Shown: positions 1 to 11,240 of the stretch, one piece after another | How the letters are laid out: the number at the start of each line of letters is the position of its first letter | Numbering within the stretch: position 1 is the stretch's first letter | Origin: Rhynchopus sp. YZ270_cl-10 | Taxonomy: Eukaryota | Reading direction: 5' to 3' | DNA: 64,000 bases | NCBI GenBank assembly: GCA_964035575.1 | Contig: OZ037835.1 | Coordinates: 1,240,001 to 1,304,000 of the forward strand | The notes under the pieces: model-generated | Told to the model about the DNA's origin: nothing | Seen by the model: only the letters and a program-made list of their open reading frames with translations | Databases searched by the model: none | Translations under genes and position numbers: made by a program

Positions 1-71
1 AAGCACGTCCGAAACGAAGCAGAGACGAATCCCCCGAGCAAAGCCAGAAGCGACGGAGACACGCACAATGA
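1..71 (+). CDS. 3' end of a Ubl-LRR subfamily A gene (partial)
   Basis: Encodes ...ARPKRSRDESPEQSQKRRRHAQ*, identical to the C-terminus of the copies ending at 2497, 6305 and 29937; same 3' flank. Confidence 0.85.
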   Translation, partial: ARPKRSRDESPEQSQKRRRHAQ

Positions 72-1660
72 CGACGTGGTGTGTTGGTGGGAGGGCAGCA
101 CCTCCCCGAGGTGGAGTCTCTGGCAGTATGTCTGCTGCGTCCTCTGGTTCGGAGAAGAAGAGGGGCACAGTCTTGCTCACCGTGGCACAGACTACTACTT
201 GGTGCGAGAGGAGAGCTGTGCTGAGCAAGACGTTCCACACATTGTGTTCTGTTACGTTGTGTCCCCATTGTGAAGCTTTCTTTTCACTCCTCTGCCTTTT
301 TGGCTTTACCCCTTTTATGGCAAAATTTGCTGTTTTCTCACTCAATGACTCTATTTCTATTTTTCGGTGGCATGACACTTGTGACATATCGTAGGAAATA
401 TTTTAGTGTTCGCGAAGACGATTCTTGTGCTCCTCATTCTCCCCACACTATGTCAATACAACAGGTTACACCGTTTGGTCTGTGAGGGTTTGGGGTTTAG
501 TTCTTATGTCTCTCAGTTCAATGTTGAACTATTTCGAGAGAAGTTAATATATTTTTCAAAAACTACTTCAAACCCAAACCTTTGTATTTTAGTGTGATCT
601 GGTCGTGAGGAAGCGTTCCAACTTTTCTATGTCTCCCCTCATTTTTCTATTCGCGATTTCCCCCACCCGCGTTTTTAGAATCAACATAGTGTGTACGTTA
701 GGATTTTGCCTTTTTCCATGCTACAGGAGGATTGGCCACTCCAATATGCATAAAGTTGTTTACTCTTTTGTCCCGAAGGTCAACACGAGAGCTTCTGGAG
801 GCAGTGCTGAAGGAAGTTCACGTGGATGGCTCTTAATGAGTTGACTGTGGACATATTTGTGCAAAGGTACAAATACAAATAATTCCCCCAAAACAAAACA
901 AAATACTGTAGCAGTGTGGCTACACTAATGCAACCAAGTTTTCAAAATAGAAGAAAAGCATTCTGACACCTCCTGCAAAGCGTACTCCTTCTATTTGCTC
1001 TCTTTTAAGGATCCTGTGAAGAAAATGTGCCTGCTATCTAGTGATAGTAGTCTGTAAACAAACAGAATTATGTTCCGCTGTGCTGCAAAATATTCCCCAC
1101 AAAAACCCATGTCTTTTTCATTACAACGTACCTCCCCACCCAATCCCCCTCTTTTTTCTGTAATTCATCACTCTGAACTCGTTGACACGACGTGGTCTTT
1201 CACTGTCTTCTTGGTAGCTTGCACGAAGAGGTGTGCTCGGTGCTTTCGTGCATTTGTCTGGCACCTCAGCTTGTCTGTGGTTGCAGCACGAGAGCACCTT
1301 TGACGTTCTTCCTTGCGTGGGGTGGGTGGAGACAGCGTGAAGGCTGTCTGGGCTTCTTGTGCAGAACGGGGCAGGTAACGGTGCATGAGAGAGGCAGGGG
1401 CACTTGTTCATTTCATCAAGCACTGCTCTCGTCTCAGAGGCGAAACCATGCAAACCAGACACGAGATGCGCAAGTCGTCGTTGCCGATGTCGCCACCGCC
1501 TCTCATCCGCACACCAACACCGAGCACGTGTTTGTTGTACGTGGCACGCCAAGAAGCTTCCCACATCAGCAAGGTGTAGCGTTAGTGCCTCTAGAACCCT
1601 TACTTACTTTACCCAACACCCACCACACACAGAGATCAGAACACAAACCACAACAAAGAC

Positions 1661-2497
1661 ATGGACCTGAACATCAAGGGTTTCGACACGAATCAGCACA
1701 CAGTCGAGGTGGGTGTGGATGACACAGTGGAGGGCTTGCGGCGGAAGGTGGCGTCTGCAATGGGGTTGCCTGAAGACGGCTTTTGCATGAGTTTCGGAGA
1801 CGAAGCGCTGGGAGAAGGAGCGGACATGACGCAGCTGAGTGCTGGTGACACAATCATCCTGACGAAGACGCAGAAGTACCAAGCCATTGCAGAGCTTCAT
1901 GCGTTGGGTGAGACAGACCTGACCGCCGAGAGGTTGGAGAGTGTGGAGGATCCTGAGGTGGCGTGTTTGCTTCTGCAGGCGGAGGTTGCGACTGTCATTC
2001 CGATTGGGTTCTTGTCAGGCACTTCGTTGACGAGACTTGATCTCAGTGCTGAGTCCATTGTTACTCACATTGGAGACGACTTCCTGGTATACTGCACCTC
2101 GTTGACAAGTGTCAACCTCTCTGGGTTGAGCAATGTGACGGAGGTTGGTGCCAGGTTCCTTTGGAACTGCAGCAGCTTAACGACCCTGGATTTGTTACCA
2201 CTCAGCAATGTGACGCAGGTTGGTGCGGGCTTCCTTCACAACTGCAACAGCGTAACAACCCTGGATTTATCTCCACTCAGCAACGTGACGCATATTAGTA
2301 GCGGTTTTGGAGGGACGTATTTTGCTAATTACTGCACTTCGTTGACGAGCATTTACCTTTCCGGCTGCAGCAGTGTTGTGTCCAAGGAAGTGAGGAAGGA
2401 CGAGAAGCTGAGGAAGCTTGTGGTTGAAGCACGTCCGAAACGAAGCAGAGACGAATCCCCCGAGCAAAGCCAGAAGCGACGGAGACACGCACAATGA
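1661..2497 (+). CDS. Ubiquitin-like + BspA/TpLRR-type LRR protein, subfamily A, 278 aa, uninterrupted
   Basis: N-terminal ~70 aa aligns by eye to ubiquitin (MDLNIKG..TVEVGVDDTVEGLRRKVASAMGLPED..F.DEAL), with no terminal GG. Followed by 25-aa repeats CxSLTTLDLSPLSNVTxVGxxFLxx and a basic NLS-like tail. Confidence 0.9.
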   Translation: MDLNIKGFDTNQHTVEVGVDDTVEGLRRKVASAMGLPEDGFCMSFGDEALGEGADMTQLSAGDTIILTKTQKYQAIAELHALGETDLTAERLESVEDPEVACLLLQAEVATVIPIGFLSGTSLTRLDLSAESIVTHIGDDFLVYCTSLTSVNLSGLSNVTEVGARFLWNCSSLTTLDLLPLSNVTQVGAGFLHNCNSVTTLDLSPLSNVTHISSGFGGTYFANYCTSLTSIYLSGCSSVVSKEVRKDEKLRKLVVEARPKRSRDESPEQSQKRRRHAQ

Positions 2498-3929
2498 CGA
2501 CGTGGTGTGTTGGTGGGAGGGCAGCACCTCCCCGAGATGGAGGGTCTCTGGCAGTGTGTCTGCTGCGTCCTCTGGTTCGGAGAAGAAGAGGGGCACAGTC
2601 TTGCTCACCGTGGCACAGACTACTACTTGGTGCGAGAGGAGAGCTGTGCTGAGCAAGACGTTCCACACATTGTGTTATGTTACGCTGTCTCCCCATTGTG
2701 AAGCTTTCTTTTCACTCCTCTGCCTTTTTGGCTTTACGCCTTTTTTATTGCTGTTTTTTCACTCAATGACTCTATTTCTATTTTGCCTTTTTCCATGCTA
2801 CAGGAGGATTGGCCACTCCAATATGCATGAAATTGTTTACTCTTTTGTCCCGAAGGTCAACACGAGAGCTTCTGCAGGCACTGCTGAAGGAAGTTCACGT
2901 GGATGACTCTAAATGAGTTGACTGTGGACATATTTGTGCAAAGATACAAATGCAAATAATTCCCCGAAACAAAACAAAATACTGTAGGAGTGTGGCTACA
3001 CTAATACAACCAAGTTTTAATACTGGAAAGATAAGGATTCTGACACCTCCTGCAAAGCGTACTCCTTCTATTTGCTCTTTTTTAAGGATCCTGTGAAGAA
3101 AATAAAGGTGCCTGCTATCTAGTGATAGTAGTCTGTAATCAGGCAAAATTATGTTACGCTGTGCTGCAAAAGAATCCCCACCAAAACCCATGTCTTTTTC
3201 ATTACAACGTACCTCCCCACCCAATCCCCCTTTTTTTTCTGTAATTCATCACTCTGAACTCGTTGACACGACGTGGTCTTTCACTGTCTTCTTGGTAGCT
3301 TGCACGAAGAGGTGTGAGGTGCGATGACGGTTTTCCAACAAAAGGCTACCCCCCCACCTCCACCTTTTCTCACCCCCTCCAGTCACGCTTCTTTTCTCAT
3401 AGAACGGTGTTCTGCTGAGAGGGAGAGTTGATACACCATTTTTTTTGCGAAGGCGCTTTCCCCGTTGGTACATGGAGTATCTGCAAGGTGTCTTGGTCTT
3501 GCATTTCGTAGCACCCTCGCGTACTGTGGCTGCTTCGACAATGGTCTGAGTACCCAGAAGAGGTCTGTGCTCAATGTTGGCAGAATCCACTATTCTTATT
3601 GCAAAGAGCCTCAGGGAGGTATCCTGCTGCGGTGGTGTCGGTACGTCCCCTAGCCTAGCAGACGAGTAACAGGCGGCACCTAGGTGTAGTGTTGGCTCAG
3701 TAGGGATCTGGTGTGTACCTCCACAGTGTGCGACCACCTTTGTTTCACATGGTTTGCCATCCCAGCATTTTTTAGGTTTTTACGAAGTTGTCTTTCTTGT
3801 TTGTTCCGTTGTTGCGTTGTGTTGAGGATGATATTACTCTTATGAACTCCCGTCTTCCCACAGTTTGTTGGCAAGGTTCTTGAAAAGGACTGCAGGCTTG
3901 TTGTCCTCCACACCCCACCACAACACACA

Positions 3930-4615
3930 ATGGATGTACGGCCACTACACCAACGTCACTAGCCTTACTGCCATCGGAGGTTCGGTGACCAGTGGTGTGA
4001 GCAAACGAGCAGTTCTCAACAGCAAAACTGAGGAGGTACTGCGCCACCTACAGTCGCACATAGCAGCCTTTGCAGGGAACCGCCGCTCCCTCTTGTACGA
4101 GGAGACCCAGGCTTGGGCAGCCCAGTTCCGGCCGCAAGAGCATTACGCTGATGACTGGACTGAAGCCTCCGCAGGATGGCGAGGCAGAGCGACTGAAGCC
4201 AGAGCTGCAGGACGGGCCCGCCCACCTCGCACGGCCCCTCCAGACGCCAGAAAGTGCGCCAAAACCTTGTCTTGTCTGACCCACGGCAAAGTGCGATGTA
4301 ACTCGTGCAAGACGCTGCGAGCCGCTCCAGAAACCTGCTGCAGCCTACACCACACAGAAGGCGATGGCCGCGCCATTGTGATGGACTTCTGCACGAAACA
4401 TAGACTCACGAGATGTGGGGCATGCTTGCTAGACAAGAAATCATTGGCCCAGTGCTGCGGAACGTGCCACACACGCCACATCAATAACAGCACGTCAGCA
4501 CGAGGCACACTCCCCCTACATCACAGGCAAGACCCCGCGGGGTCTTCGCAGGTGACGTAGCCCCCCCCACACCTAAGGGCCATATTCTGCGCAAGAATTA
4601 CCCTCACTAGGCATT
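3930..4615 (+). mobile_element. 5'-truncated non-LTR retrotransposon (ORF2 C-terminus + 3' UTR)
   Basis: 13-bp TSD ACCACAACACACA at 3917-3929 and 4616-4628; the empty site is visible at ~20110. The ORF ending 4560 is homologous to the C-terminus of 24278-27916 (CTKHRL.RCG.C...K..L..CC...H). Confidence 0.85.
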
Positions 4616-4658
4616 ACCACAACACACAGAGATCAGAACACAAAACCACAACAAAGAC

Positions 4659-6305
4659 ATGGACCTGAACATCAAGGGTTTCGACACGAATCAGCACACA
4701 GTCGAGGTGGGTGCAGATGACACAGTGGAGGGCTTGCGGCGGAAGGTGGCGTCTGCAATGGGGTTGCCCGAAGACGGCTTTTGCATGAGTTTCGGAGACG
4801 AAGCGCTGGGAGAAGGAGCGGACATGACGCAGCTGAGTGCTGGTGACACAATCATCCTCACGAAGACGCAGAAGTACCAAGCCATTGCAGAGCTTCATGC
4901 GTTGGGTGAGACAGACCTGACCGCCGAGAGGTTGGAGAGTCACGGGCGTACGGGATTAGTATCTTTTTTTCGAGAGAACCCAAGAGCGGCCAGGTCCTGG
5001 ACAAGTACGTTGTGCTTTTAGACCTACAAACTGTCTGGGGTGGTGGGACCTCGGGGCGAAGGGTGCTTCCCGGGACCCCAATATCCTACCACAAGGAGCT
5101 CGAGTCGTGCATGGAATGCAGGGTACTCTGAGCCGATCACTTCCACAACTCCCAGATCCCAAGACCTCCACGGGGGGCAGGCCTCCACGGAAACCCGCGA
5201 CCGCCGACACCTTAGCTCCGTACTGCCTCTGTCTGTAACCTGCCGGTCCCCCACCTACCTACGCTTTTTGTGGTGTCTTTTTACGACGGTGGACCAAGGG
5301 GCTTTGCAGTGCAGTCAACGCCGACGGAGCGAGACTCGATTGTGACCGGGTGAAAAGGGAACCTTAGCCAGCGCTAACCAGCGGCAGTTTTGACTCAGGG
5401 AGGAGTTTCTCACCGCAGACTGGCGACACACCCCCACTTTTTCGGGGTGGCTGCATTCCTCTTCGGAACGGGGTGTTCCATCCTATTTTTAAAAACGTTT
5501 ATCCGCCGAGAGGTTGAAGAGTGTGGAGGATCCTGAGGTGGCGTGTTTGCTTCTGCAGGCGGAGGTTGCGACTGTCATTCCGATTGGGTTCTTGTCAAGC
5601 ACTTCGTTGACGAGACTTGATCTCAGTGCTGAGTCCATTGTGACTCACATTGGAGACAGCTTCCTGGAAGGCTGCACCTTGTTGACAAGTGTCGACCTCT
5701 CTGGGTTGAGCAATGTGACGCAGGTTGGTTCGTGGTTCCTTCAGAGCTGCATCAGTTTAACGACCCTGGATATATCTGCACTCAGCAACGTGACGCTGAT
5801 TTATGGCGGCTTTCTTTTCGGATGCAAGAGCTTAACCAACGTCCATTTATCTCCACTCAGCAACCTGACGCACGTTGGTGCGCACTTCCTTCAGGAATGC
5901 ATCTGCTTAACGACCCTGGATTTATATCCACTCAGCAATGTGACGTCGATTTTGAAGAACTTTCTTTCCGGCTGCAGCAGCTTAACAACTCTGGATTTGT
6001 TACCACTCAGCAACGTGACGCAGGTTGGTGTGGGCTTCCTTCAGAGATGCATCAGTTTAACGACCATCGATTTATCTCCACTCAGCAAGGTGACGCATGT
6101 TAGTAGTAGCGCTTTTGGAGGTACGTATTTTGCTGCGAAATGCACTTCGTTGACGAGCATTTACCTTTCCGGCTGCAGCAGTGTTGTGTCCAACGAAGTG
6201 AGGAACGACCAGAAGCTGAGGAAGCTTGTGGTTGAAGCACGTCCGAAACGAAGCAGAGACGAATCCCCCGAGCAAAGCCAGAAGCGACGGAGACACGCAC
6301 AATGA
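4659..6305 (+). CDS. Ubl-LRR subfamily A protein, ~354 aa; predicted exons 4659-4930 and 5513-6305
   Basis: Both halves are open and match 1661-2497. Removing GT..AG 4931-5512 restores ...TAERLKSVEDP... in frame. Has 3 more LRR units than the 1661 copy. Confidence 0.75.
4941..5502 (+). mobile_element. Short non-autonomous retroposon family 1 (SINE/SIDER-like), lacking its first 40 nt
   Basis: 20-bp TSD CCGCCGAGAGGTTG(G/A)AGAGT at 4921-4940 and 5503-5522; near-identical to 28110-28671; no convincing ORF. Confidence 0.85.
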
Positions 6306-7731
6306 CGACGTGGTGTGTTGGTGGGAGGGCAGCACCTCCCGAGGTGGAGGGTCTCTGGCAGTGTGTCTGCTGCGTCCTCTGGTTCGGAGAAGAAGAGGGG
6401 CACAGTCTTGCTCACCGTGGCACAGACTACTACTTGGTGCGAGAGGAGAGCTGTGCTGAGCAAGACGTTCCACACATTGTGTTATGTTACGCTGTCTCCC
6501 CATTGTGAAGCTTTCTTTTCACTCCTCTGCCTTTTTGGCTTTACGCCTTTTTATTGCTGTTTTCTCACTCAATGACTCTATTTCTATTTTGTCTTTTTCC
6601 ATGCTACAGGAGGATTGGCCACTCCAATATGCATGAAGTTGTTTACTCTGTTGTCCCGAAGGTCAACACGAGAGCTTCTGCAGGCAGTGCTGAAGGAAGT
6701 TCACGTGGATGACTCTAAATGAGTTGACTGTGGACATATTTGTGCAAAGGTACAAATAAAAATAATTTCCCCAAAACAAAACAAAATACTGTAGGAGTGT
6801 GGCTACACTAATGCAACCAAGTTTTCAAAATAGAAGAAAAGGATTCTGACACCTCCTGCAAAGCGTACTCCCTCTATTTGCTCTCTTTTAAGGATCCTGT
6901 GAAGAAAAAAAATGTGCCTGCTATCTAGTGATAGTAGTCTGTAATCAAGCAAAATTATGTTCCGCTGTGATGAATTTTACGCTGTGCTGCAAAAGAAGCC
7001 CTCAAAACCCATGTCTTTTTCATTACAACGTACCTCCCCACCCAATCCCCCTCTTTTTTCTGTAATTCATCACTCTGAACTTGTTGACACGACGTGGTCT
7101 TTCACTGTCTTCTTGGTAGCTTGCACGAAGAGGTGTGAGGTGTGATGACGGAGGCGAGTGGCTTCCGTTGTGTGCTCTGATGCACTGATTGCGTGCTTTC
7201 ACTTCATGGTGTGACTGGGGGGACTCAGGGGGAGGACGCGCTTTGCTGAGCTTGGGGTGTGGAGGGAACTCTAGTGTTGCTGTCTTGAGCTGTGGGAAGG
7301 GGTGTGTGAGGTGGTGCACAGTGTTGTGAGTGTGGGGGGTGTGGGTGTGGCGCTTCCCTGCATGGTTCTGTGGAAATGATGGGACAGCGAAAGCTGTGGC
7401 CGGCCGTGAGGTGCTTTCGTGCAATTTGTCTGGCACCTCAGCTTGTCTGTGGTTGCAGCACGAGAGCACCTTTGGCGTTCTTCCTTGCGTGGGGTGGGTG
7501 GAGACAGCACAGTGTCCTATGGGAGGCACTGCATCTTGCAGCAGGGCTGGGATGGCGGCACTCAGGTGCGTCATGGGGGTTGGGTTTTGAAGTGATGGGG
7601 GTAGGGGGAAGTGGACAACGCTGTGTGATGTGAAGGGTGCACTTAATACAACCTGGCCTGTACAGCAGCACAGTTTTCATGGGTGCAAAAGGTAGTAGGA
7701 TTGGTTGGGTTGGGTTTGTCTGGGGTTTTGT

Positions 7732-8089
7732 TAGGCAACCCATAAATGAAGGGTACTGATTTATTTATTCGTCGTGTATTTGTTGTCCGCATCCATGCTT
7801 TTTTTAAACCCCAAAATACCCCAAAAGCCCCGAAAAACCCGCGTCCTGAAGTACGGGGGAGAGGTGGAGCACAAAAGGGGAGAGGACGTAGAGGACGTGG
7901 AGGACGTAGAGGACGTAGAGGACGTAGAGGACGTAGAGGACGTAGAGGACGTAGAGGACGTAGAGGACGTAGAGGACGTAGAGGACGTAGAGGACGTAGA
8001 GGACGTAGAGGACGTAGAGGACGTAGAGGACGTAGAGGACGTAGAGGACGTAGAGGACGTAGAGGATGAAAAAGTACGAGGTAGCCCTA
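7732..8089. mobile_element. Probable MITE containing a 9-bp minisatellite
   Basis: Ends TAGGCAAC..GTAGCCCTA are imperfect TIRs; flanked by 9-bp direct repeat GGGTTTTGT (7723-7731, 8090-8098). Confidence 0.45.
7882..8066. repeat. (GAGGACGTA)n tandem repeat, ~20 copies
   Basis: Direct reading; one variant unit. Confidence 0.95.
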
Positions 8090-8739
8090 GGGTTTTGTGG
8101 GAAGTGGACAACCCGTGCAATGTGGTGAAGGTTGCAGGGCGCTGTGCAGTATGGCTCTGCATGGCCACCTGTCGCCGTGATGATATCACCTGCCTTCTGC
8201 ACGTAAAATGTGTTCGCAGGTTGATATGGGGTTTGGGTATTCTCCCTGTTGCGGTGAAGGTCTGTAGGTTGGGTTGGGTGGGGGCAGGGAGGTGGAGGTG
8301 CACAGTGTTGTGAGTGTGGGGGGAGGGTTTGGGTGTGGCGCTTCCCTGCATCGTTTTATGGAAATGATGGGACAGCGAAAGCTGTGGCCGGCCGTGGGGT
8401 GCTTTCGTGTATTTGTCTGGCACCTCAGCTTGTCTGTGGTTGCAGCACGAGAGCACCTTTGGCGTTCTTCTTATCCACAAGGCGTGGCTCTCTTGGCAGT
8501 GCGGCTGTATCGCTGCCAGGGTTGGGAGGAAGGAATGTGGGGCAGAACCTGGCCACAGCATACGAGCGACAACACACCAACCTCTGAGAACAAACATACG
8601 AACAGGGACACACATCAGGAAGATGGGATCCTGAGCGTCGAAGCCTGAAAAGGACGAGATTGCAAAGGGAATTACTGGGAAGAAGAGGCCCCGCCCAGAG
8701 GGGAAGAAACTCGAAAATACCCACCTCCTCCCATTAGAC

Positions 8740-10038
8740 ATGACAGAATACATGTTAACGATCTACAACACATTCGCCAGCACTGTTCACGTGCACAGTT
8801 GGTCCCGAAACGCAGCAGACGTGCAGTGTTGTGTCCCATCGCATTCGCGGGGGGAAGCATTTCCCTTTCCCGCTGAAGGTATTCGTCTTGAGATTGGTGG
8901 GGTGTGCACAGCACTGTCGCTTCAGGACATACAGCACAATGGCTGCGTTTCCCTCGAGCAGCACGGCACCGCAGAACCACACGAGGATGCCACTTCGTCC
9001 GTCCCCCTTTCAGCTGCTCATTCACGGACAGACGATGCACAGCACAGTCACAACCACAGACCCACTCCCATTGCTATCGAATGGACTCTGTTCACAGACG
9101 GTGTTGATCTGTTTATAGGGCACCAAATGGGTGTCAACTGGATGGAAGGCATCAGGGGGATACTTTCGCCACGTTCTCTGTGTGATGTGGTCATGCCCGG
9201 TACACATGATTCGGGTACCTATGCGATCACAAAGGAGTCGCGTATTGCGCCGAACCAGGATATCTCTGACCGGCTGAACGGTGTGCCTTTTGTTGGCCGC
9301 ATTGTGTCTGGGTGGGCGAAGACACAGGGGGGTACTGTTGCCGAACAGCTCGCCGCAGGGGTGCGGTATCTGGACCTCCGCATCAGCGAGCACAACGCAG
9401 AACACCTGTTGGTGCATACAATGCTGAGTGTGCCTGTTGGCGTGGTGCTGCGCGAGGTGCTGCACTTCGTTCTGTCGCACCCCCTTGAGGTAGTGGTGCT
9501 CGACTTCAACCACCTCTACAACATGACTGGGCATGATGTGCTGATTGAGCGCATCGTGTCTACCTTTGGCGCAAGGCTTGCGGTAGGCTTGCACCCTACG
9601 TCAACGATGCAAGAGTTTTGGGACGCAGGTGTGCAGGTTGTGGTGCTGTACGCAGCTGGCGACGTTCATCTGCAGGGGCGGCTCTGGGGGCAGAAGTGTA
9701 TTGAGTCGTTCTGGCCAAACACCACATGTGTGACAACGCTGAAGAGTCTGTTGAAAGCACACCCGCTGTCGCAGCGTGCTCCAGGAGTGCTCTCTGTGGT
9801 GCAAGCAGTGCTGACACCAACGACATCAACGGTCGTAAAGGGGTTGGTCCCTTTCGCGCCCTGTCCTGCCACACTGCATGGGCTTGCGTTGGGTGTGACG
9901 CCAGCGCTGTTGGAGTGGGTGGAAGCGTGCAGCAGGGGTGCCACGCAGGTGGCCAACATTCTGCTGTTTGACTACATCGAGATGTGCGGGGCAGTGCGGG
10001 CGGCAGTGCGGATGAACGTCAGGGCTGCGCTGGGGTGA
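8740..10038 (+). CDS. PI-PLC X domain-containing protein (PLCXD-like), 432 aa
   Basis: Motifs LCDVVMPGTHDSGTY, WAKTQ..TVAEQLAAGVRYLDLRI, HPLEVVVLDFNH and terminal NILLFDY, typical of bacterial-type PI-PLC/PLCXD proteins. Confidence 0.85.
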   Translation: MTEYMLTIYNTFASTVHVHSWSRNAADVQCCVPSHSRGEAFPFPAEGIRLEIGGVCTALSLQDIQHNGCVSLEQHGTAEPHEDATSSVPLSAAHSRTDDAQHSHNHRPTPIAIEWTLFTDGVDLFIGHQMGVNWMEGIRGILSPRSLCDVVMPGTHDSGTYAITKESRIAPNQDISDRLNGVPFVGRIVSGWAKTQGGTVAEQLAAGVRYLDLRISEHNAEHLLVHTMLSVPVGVVLREVLHFVLSHPLEVVVLDFNHLYNMTGHDVLIERIVSTFGARLAVGLHPTSTMQEFWDAGVQVVVLYAAGDVHLQGRLWGQKCIESFWPNTTCVTTLKSLLKAHPLSQRAPGVLSVVQAVLTPTTSTVVKGLVPFAPCPATLHGLALGVTPALLEWVEACSRGATQVANILLFDYIEMCGAVRAAVRMNVRAALG

Positions 10039-11044
10039 GGGGTGACGTTGTCCTGGAGAGGGGCGTACGTGGCGTGTCTCGCTTTCTGCAGTCGAAAGTG
10101 ACGGTGTTGCACTGAAATGTGCATGTTGCCTCAACTGTATTTTGCATCAAATCCACCGCCCGCCCCCTCCCCGCTCCCACCAGTATCTTCTCTCTCGGCC
10201 AGTTTTGAGAAACACGTTCACTCTAGAAGGAGATCCTTAGAACAACATATCTGTGAACCTGGACACATGTAGCCTACTGGAGAGTTTCGCAAACCCCACA
10301 AACCCCACAAACCCCGCAAACCCCGCAAACATGATCAATCTCTTTGTGAAAAAAAGCTTTTCAAACTCGGCTGTGACTTGTCTTCCTGCTTCTGTTTCTT
10401 CGTAGGGTTGGCTTGATCTGACGTGGCACTTTTCCTTTTCAATGTATTCCTCACTAGCTTGTCCGCGCTGTCCTCTGATTCTTCTTCCGACATGAAGTCC
10501 ACAAGGTCGCTCACCTGCGATGACGCATCAGATTCATTATCCGACACTTCGACATCCATGTCGCACAAGTCCTCCCATAACATTGTCGCATTGGTCCGTG
10601 TTTCTCCCGATTTTCCCGTTGCTTCCACCGACGGCTTTTTATCGTGAGGAAGACAATCGCCACCTCCAAAGCAAATGCTTTCTTCAGAGCCATATCGGTT
10701 GGGCAGAAATAGCGGATTATGAGTTCCGTTCTTGTCGACATCCATCCTTGTTCTTGAACAAGATAAAACAATAAGCTCGCGTTTCTTTTATCGAACAGAT
10801 TTTATTCTCCGCCCCGTACCCAAAACGTAAACACCACTTTGAATCAGAAAAAATATCTTCCTCTCCTTTTTTTCTTCCACACGCGCTGGTTTTTGTATCT
10901 CGCTAATTTTTATCAAAAAGCTTTCTCCTCATGTATTGCACGGGAAACAATATATATGACAAACAGGTGCAGGGTGGTTCCGTGCATATCATAGAACCTG
11001 GCACCTTGTGTGTCTTCCAAAAACCAAAAGCGTTGTGTGTGAAG

Positions 11045-11240
11045 TTTTGAAGGAAGGAAAAATAAAATTGTTTTCCAAGAAGGGCCATAATAAACGAGAA
11101 GCATCGTTCACAGATGACGCTGCTGGGGTGACACGAGATCAATGCCTCTATCAGCAAGCTGAATCCGTTCTACTCATTATCCTTGAGGTACTTCAGCATC
11201 GTCGTGATGGCGGAGTCTCCTTCCCGGTGAGAGAATAGAT
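11045..11240 (-). pseudogene. Degraded hAT transposase dimerisation-domain fragment
   Basis: LISCHPSSVICERCFS resembles the hAT C-terminal PxSxxxERxFS motif; broken by stops and a repeat insertion. Confidence 0.4.

Noticed and set aside
7746..8313. ORFs with (GRR)n, (EDV)n, (STS)n or (LYV)n
   Set aside because: Translations of a stop-free 9-bp minisatellite inside a probable MITE
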